A stretch of DNA of 64,000 nucleotides, from NCBI GenBank assembly GCA_018608765.1, contig JABAYY010000034.1, forward strand, positions 27,209-91,208. Direction: 5' to 3'. Below the pieces are notes generated by a model, which saw nothing but the letters and a program-made list of their open reading frames with translations, was not told the origin of the DNA and made no database searches. Source of the DNA: Flavobacteriaceae bacterium (GTDB lineage Bacteria; Bacteroidota; Bacteroidia; Flavobacteriales; Flavobacteriaceae). Each line of letters begins with the position of its first letter. Position 1 is the stretch's first letter. This document shows positions 59,247-64,000 of this stretch, piece by piece. Made by a program: the position numbers and the translations under genes.

Positions 59247-60502
59247 TAAAGAGTTATTGAAGTGGAGTTGTTAGCAATGATGCCATAAACCGTTCCTTTT
59301 AGTTTTGATCCTAAAAAGAGTGAGTTTTTTGATTTTGAACCGATGTGTTTTTCTTCAAAAACATAGGAGTCTGCGGGATTAAACAAACTCAGTTTGGCAG
59401 AGTTTCCAATTTTTATAGATTCTGCGTTTAAACCAAAACGTTGTGTTCCTTTTGTCAGCAGTTGCACAGCCTTTTTGGTTGTAAATAAGGCATTCAGTGC
59501 ACCAAAAGCACTTTCCAATCCGATGGTACCATTTTTGGCATAATCAAATTCTATTTTTTTATGCTCAATATCAATTGGGTTATGATCGGAAGTGACCATA
59601 TCTATAGTTCCGTCTTTGACTCCTGCAATAAGAGCTTCTATATCGGATTGAATTCGTAAGGGTGGATTCACTTTAAAGTTGGTGTCAAAGTCGCTTAAAC
59701 TTTTGTCTGTAAACATAAGATTGTGAATGGCCACACTACAACTAACATCTAATTTTTTTGCTTTGGCTTCCCGAATTAAATCGACTGATTTTGCCGTAGA
59801 AATTGTTGGGATGTGTAGCTTGCCTTCTGTGTATTCTAAGATAAATAAATCGCGTGCAATTTGGAGTTCTTCTGCCAAAGCGGGCAATCCTTTGAGACCC
59901 AATTGTGTACTTGTAATGTTTTCATTCATCACCCCTTTTTTAGCCACTCTAGGTTCGTGTGGAAACGAGTGCACCAAGCCGTCAAAACTTGAAGCATATT
60001 GCAAGGCTATTTTGAGGAGATTTGGATTTTCAATCGATTTTTTATAATCTCCAAAAGCAATACTTCCAGCAGATTTCATATCAAATAACTCAGCAAGGTC
60101 AATGCCTTCGCCTCCTTTGGTTAGCGCTCCAATAGGATGGAGGTTGGTTGCTGAATTTGCAGCTTTAGATTTCACAAATGCAATGTCTGAATGGGAGTCA
60201 ATAACGGGATTTGTATTTGCGTTTAGTGCAATGTCTGTAAACCCAGATGCCGCAGCCACTTGTAATCCATTTGCAATCGTTTCACGTTCTTCATAACCAG
60301 GCTCTCCAAACGATACACTGCTGTCAAACCAACCACTAGATACATGGAGGTTTTCTAAAACAATCACAGGATATTTATTTGGATTTTTGAGAGATTTAGC
60401 TATTTGAGTAATGAAACCGTTTTCAACTAAGATGTCTTGAGTTTGATTGTGGAAATCACTTTTATCATCAAGAATGGTAGCTGATTTTATAAGTACGTTC
60501 AT
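59246..60502 (-). CDS. pyrC: Dihydroorotase-like amidohydrolase
   Basis: EPG.E..ET, AAASGFT, KVNPPLR, SDHNP, G.IGLE; HxH replaced by SVS. Confidence 0.75.
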   Translation of the reverse strand: MNVLIKSATILDDKSDFHNQTQDILVENGFITQIAKSLKNPNKYPVIVLENLHVSSGWFDSSVSFGEPGYEERETIANGLQVAAASGFTDIALNANTNPVIDSHSDIAFVKSKAANSATNLHPIGALTKGGEGIDLAELFDMKSAGSIAFGDYKKSIENPNLLKIALQYASSFDGLVHSFPHEPRVAKKGVMNENITSTQLGLKGLPALAEELQIARDLFILEYTEGKLHIPTISTAKSVDLIREAKAKKLDVSCSVAIHNLMFTDKSLSDFDTNFKVNPPLRIQSDIEALIAGVKDGTIDMVTSDHNPIDIEHKKIEFDYAKNGTIGLESAFGALNALFTTKKAVQLLTKGTQRFGLNAESIKIGNSAKLSLFNPADSYVFEEKHIGSKSKNSLFLGSKLKGTVYGIIANNSTSITL

Positions 60503-62427
60503 TTAAAATATTTTAAGATGAGCATTTCAAAAGCTAATAATATTAGCACAAAAATAACAAACCATTTCCATAACCAAGTCACATTCGCCTCAATTTTTAT
60601 ATTTTTAAGTGTGGTTCCTAAAGAATTCTCAATCGAAACCCCTTTTATAGTTGTAAGATCCGAATAGCGCAGTTGGCTTTCATCTCGGTTGTAGTTATAG
60701 CTTACTTGGGTCAGTGTGTCTGTATCTTTTAAGATGGAAAAGTGTCCCGGCTTCTTTGGGTCGTCCTTTGTGGTGATGCTTACTTTGGTGTTGAAATTTG
60801 TTTGCAATGGAATAAACTGAGAATCGTTGTTCGCTAATTTTAAAATTCGGTCTTTTTGTAAATTAACTTTAAGGTCAAACGTATTTTCTGCGCCAATCCA
60901 ATAGTAAATCGGAGGCGTTTTTAAACTTGATCTTCCGATATTATAAAGCGTTGGGACAATTAACGGAGAACTTACAAAGTTAGAATCTTTAGTTTCTACG
61001 GCTGCTGTAAACACAAACAGCGCTTTAAATTGAACTAAAAAGGGTTGTTGGTCTTCATAGGATAACACACTGTTTGTCTTGGTAGTGAGTGGGTAATAAT
61101 ATTGAACTGTTGGGTATTGAAAATTTTTGACTTGTTCTTCAAAAACATCTTTTAAAATCGGATGGTTAAACGCGATGTTCGTGATGCGTTTTTCTTGAGT
61201 TATTAGCGGTTTAAATTTGTGATTTGTTTGTAATGCTAGGAGTTGATTGTAAGATGTTAAGTCGCCGTTTTTAGAGGGAATCATAACCACCACGCCTCCA
61301 GTATTCATAAACCCTTGGAGACTGTTTTGTAAGGCAGGGGGTATTTGACTTAAGCCATTCAAGACGATTAGATTTTGAGTTTTAATTTGACTGTAATCGA
61401 GTCTCTTGTAATTTTGACTTTGAAATAGAAACTCATCTCCAGTATAGAGTTTATTCAAAAAATTAGAATTCACATTTTCGTGAATTGCTAAAACCGCTAT
61501 TTTTTCGGCTTTGGGGATGTTAAAAAAGAAGGTGTCGTCGTATGGCATTTGAGTATCTTCGATAGATAGTTTGCCGTTAAATTCTACTGTATTAGGGAGT
61601 ACAAAAGTAGTTTTGTAATTTTTAGTTTTTTCTAGGATAGATTTCCCAACAATGTTCTGGTCTTGGAATAAAGTCACAGAAATAGGGCTGTCAGATGTGC
61701 TGCTCGTTTTTCCCTTAACATTCAAAGTGTAATTAGCGTTTAAAGAAGGTTCTAAAGACACAGATTCAATATAGCTATTATCTGTGTTTAATGGTTTTAA
61801 AGGCACTAAAACAATGCGTATTGAAGTGTCCGATATAGATAGAATTTCCTCTTTTATTTGTTGTTGAAAATCAGATACTAAGACAAGAGTTTTTGAGCTT
61901 GTTTTGGAGTCTGAGAACAGCGTTTTCCCTTTGAGAATTACTGTATTTAAGTCCAGCTGATTTTGACTGTAACTCAGAGATAGTAAATCGGATTTTAAAT
62001 CTTTTATGGAAGTTGATTTGTAACTTTGATTGTTAGTGAATACACCAATTTTTTCAGTCTCATTAAAACCTGTGATCACATCTTGAACGGCTCGATTTAA
62101 AAGTGATCCTTTAGGACCAATTGCTTGCATGCTAAAGGAATTATCTAAATAAACGACTGTTTCAAAAGTATTTTTTTGAGCTGTTTGATTGGATAAAAAA
62201 GGCTGACTAAATGCTATGATTATACAAGCAATTGCTAAGAGTCGGATTAATAAAATCAGCCATTTTTTTAATTGGGAACTCTTTCGGGTTTGAAAGCGTA
62301 TTTTTTGTAATAAAGCAACATTTGTAAATTCCTGAACCTTAAAACGTCGGAGTTGAAATAAATGAATAAAAATAGGGATGAGCAGTGCTGGAAGTGCGTA
62401 AAAAAATTCTGGGTGTAAAAACTGCAT
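60499..62427 (-). CDS. BatA N-terminal / vWA-domain membrane protein
   Basis: MQFLHP...IPIFIHLF, LDNSFSM MIDAS-like motif, VSDFQ, ES.L and C-terminal TM helix. Confidence 0.85.
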   Translation of the reverse strand: MQFLHPEFFYALPALLIPIFIHLFQLRRFKVQEFTNVALLQKIRFQTRKSSQLKKWLILLIRLLAIACIIIAFSQPFLSNQTAQKNTFETVVYLDNSFSMQAIGPKGSLLNRAVQDVITGFNETEKIGVFTNNQSYKSTSIKDLKSDLLSLSYSQNQLDLNTVILKGKTLFSDSKTSSKTLVLVSDFQQQIKEEILSISDTSIRIVLVPLKPLNTDNSYIESVSLEPSLNANYTLNVKGKTSSTSDSPISVTLFQDQNIVGKSILEKTKNYKTTFVLPNTVEFNGKLSIEDTQMPYDDTFFFNIPKAEKIAVLAIHENVNSNFLNKLYTGDEFLFQSQNYKRLDYSQIKTQNLIVLNGLSQIPPALQNSLQGFMNTGGVVVMIPSKNGDLTSYNQLLALQTNHKFKPLITQEKRITNIAFNHPILKDVFEEQVKNFQYPTVQYYYPLTTKTNSVLSYEDQQPFLVQFKALFVFTAAVETKDSNFVSSPLIVPTLYNIGRSSLKTPPIYYWIGAENTFDLKVNLQKDRILKLANNDSQFIPLQTNFNTKVSITTKDDPKKPGHFSILKDTDTLTQVSYNYNRDESQLRYSDLTTIKGVSIENSLGTTLKNIKIEANVTWLWKWFVIFVLILLAFEMLILKYFK

Positions 62428-62472
62428 CTTATGGATTGAATTGTCAAATATAAAAACTAAAATTTGATTTGA

Positions 62473-63480
62473 TTAACAGAAGAAGAAATAATCGTTCATT
62501 GGAGTTTTATTACGCGTTTGAAAATACTGTACAATTTCAAATTGCGCTTCATGATTTGCGACGGTCACAATACATTGATAATTTTTCATGGTATTTAGAA
62601 ACTCAAAGGGTTTTAAGGTCTTATTATAGATGTCTTTTCCTATTTTTTTTGGGTTGTCACATACCCATTCAAAAGCCATGTTTTTTTCAATTAGTAATTG
62701 GGCCACTTTTTTACCTTTAGTTCCTGCTCCCCAAATTACGATTGTTTTTTCTTTGGCATGCGATAGCTCCAAAAAGTACTTCACTTTTAATTCTAAGAAT
62801 GAATTTTCAGCATAATGTGCGTCGACCCTTGATGTTCTCACCGCATAATCACGCCACTGGTGTAATACCTCATTTGAAGGGATGCATTTCAATCCATGTT
62901 TATAAAACCGAAACGCTAAATCATAATCTTCTGGATAGGTGTTTGGAGAGAAGCCTCCACAGCAATCAAAATCTGTTTTGTAAACCATCCAACTGGGTGA
63001 TGGAATGACACACTCTTTATAAATTTCAGTAAAATTAGTCCCTTTTGAAGTCAATGCATTCAGCCAAGTTTCATAGCGTTTGTAACCATTCCCTATTCCT
63101 TCTTCTGAAAAATAACGAACAAGTCCCAATGCCAAGTGCCCTTCGCCATACGTAACTAGCGGCTGTTGCATTTGTTCTAGCTTGTTTAATGCCATCACGT
63201 CATCACTATCCATACGCGTCACAAAAGTTCCTTTAGCGTGTTTATAGCCCGTTCTAAGCGCTTCAATGATTCCACTGCCCTCATTTTTTAACAACTGAAT
63301 TCGAGCATCAGTATTAGCGTAGTTTTGAACGAGCTTGTAACTTGTGTCGGAGGAGCTATCATCTACAATAAGAAGTTCCCAATTGGAATATGTTTGTTTT
63401 ACAATAGAATCCAAACAGTCACCTAAATAAGACTCCGTATTTTTAAAGGGAATTAAAATACTTATAAGCGGAGTTTGCAT
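62473..63480 (-). CDS. Glycosyltransferase family 2
   Basis: ISILIP.KN, VDDSSSD, RMDSDD, EDYDL. Confidence 0.9.
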   Translation of the reverse strand: MQTPLISILIPFKNTESYLGDCLDSIVKQTYSNWELLIVDDSSSDTSYKLVQNYANTDARIQLLKNEGSGIIEALRTGYKHAKGTFVTRMDSDDVMALNKLEQMQQPLVTYGEGHLALGLVRYFSEEGIGNGYKRYETWLNALTSKGTNFTEIYKECVIPSPSWMVYKTDFDCCGGFSPNTYPEDYDLAFRFYKHGLKCIPSNEVLHQWRDYAVRTSRVDAHYAENSFLELKVKYFLELSHAKEKTIVIWGAGTKGKKVAQLLIEKNMAFEWVCDNPKKIGKDIYNKTLKPFEFLNTMKNYQCIVTVANHEAQFEIVQYFQTRNKTPMNDYFFFC

Positions 63481-64000
63481 TAGTATTTAGCAGCCTTTCC
63501 ATTGGCAGAAGATTCTTTAAGAAATGTTCTCAAATCTTCATTTGCCTGAATTAAATCTTCATTACGCAAATACATCATATGTCCACTTCGATACCCTTTA
63601 AACGTAAAGCGCTCTTTCATTTTTCCGCTAGGATCTACTTGAGATAAGGTATATTTTGCATTGAAATAAGTGGTTGCTCCATCGTAATATCCAGACTGAT
63701 TTAATACTTTTAGATAAGGGTTTTGTGCCATAGCCAACCGAAGGTTGTCACGCGTGTTGTCATCATCGTTGTTCCAAGGATGAACCGACCCAAACATATT
63801 GTATTTTAAATCGGTTTTAAATTTTAATTCACTTTTAATGTAGTGGTTGATGGCAGGAGTAAATGAATGCAACCAAGAGGTGAGTTCTGCACTGTAATCT
63901 GGACTGTTTCCAGATTCTTTTTTGTCGATTCCTAGGTAGCGAGAATCCAGCCGTCCGATTGTTTGACCTGTATCATCCCGTAGTAATTCTTTCCAGAAAA
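63480..64000 (-). CDS. S10-family serine carboxypeptidase, C-terminal part
   Basis: GRLDSRY, GYYDGAT.Y, Y.SGHMMY catalytic Asp/His region; continues beyond the window. Confidence 0.8.
   Translation of the reverse strand, partial: FWKELLRDDTGQTIGRLDSRYLGIDKKESGNSPDYSAELTSWLHSFTPAINHYIKSELKFKTDLKYNMFGSVHPWNNDDDNTRDNLRLAMAQNPYLKVLNQSGYYDGATTYFNAKYTLSQVDPSGKMKERFTFKGYRSGHMMYLRNEDLIQANEDLRTFLKESSANGKAAKY

Noticed and set aside
1-64000. Integrase, tRNA or rRNA genes
   Set aside because: None recognised in the window; any recombinase for the cassette system would have to be encoded elsewhere.

Overview
AT-rich bacterial chromosome segment whose gene set and promoter style (TAnnTTTG -7 boxes, few Shine-Dalgarno sites) point to a Flavobacteriaceae/Bacteroidota genome. 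Most of the window is housekeeping: copA, GH3/beta-lactamase fusion, bshA, aroC, mutS2, ung, fused E1 dehydrogenase, hutG/hutI, fumC, frameshifted prfB, ptrB, probable capA/capB sulfonolipid genes, uvrA, an ECF sigma factor, nth, bcp and a pyrC-like gene. The main finding is a candidate dispersed integron-like gene-cassette system with no integrase in the window. At three loci (about 13.3-15.1 kb, 29.9-30.55 kb and 51.9-54.36 kb) short accessory genes with no obvious promoter of their own sit in units whose first and last 13-14 bases are complementary only to each other (GTT...AAC). In the two-cassette array these units are separated by long attC-like hairpins. Each array is preceded by a conserved leader carrying a Bacteroidota-type promoter, an AGA-(T/C)TTG(G/A)GG-TCT motif and an attI-like entry site. 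Five copies of the leader motif occur, all in the same orientation. Cargo includes a SMODS nucleotidyltransferase + SLATT (CBASS-type) pair, a HEPN-like protein with a nonsense-interrupted membrane partner, and exported proteins. Family assignments are from motif recognition only; no database searches were run.
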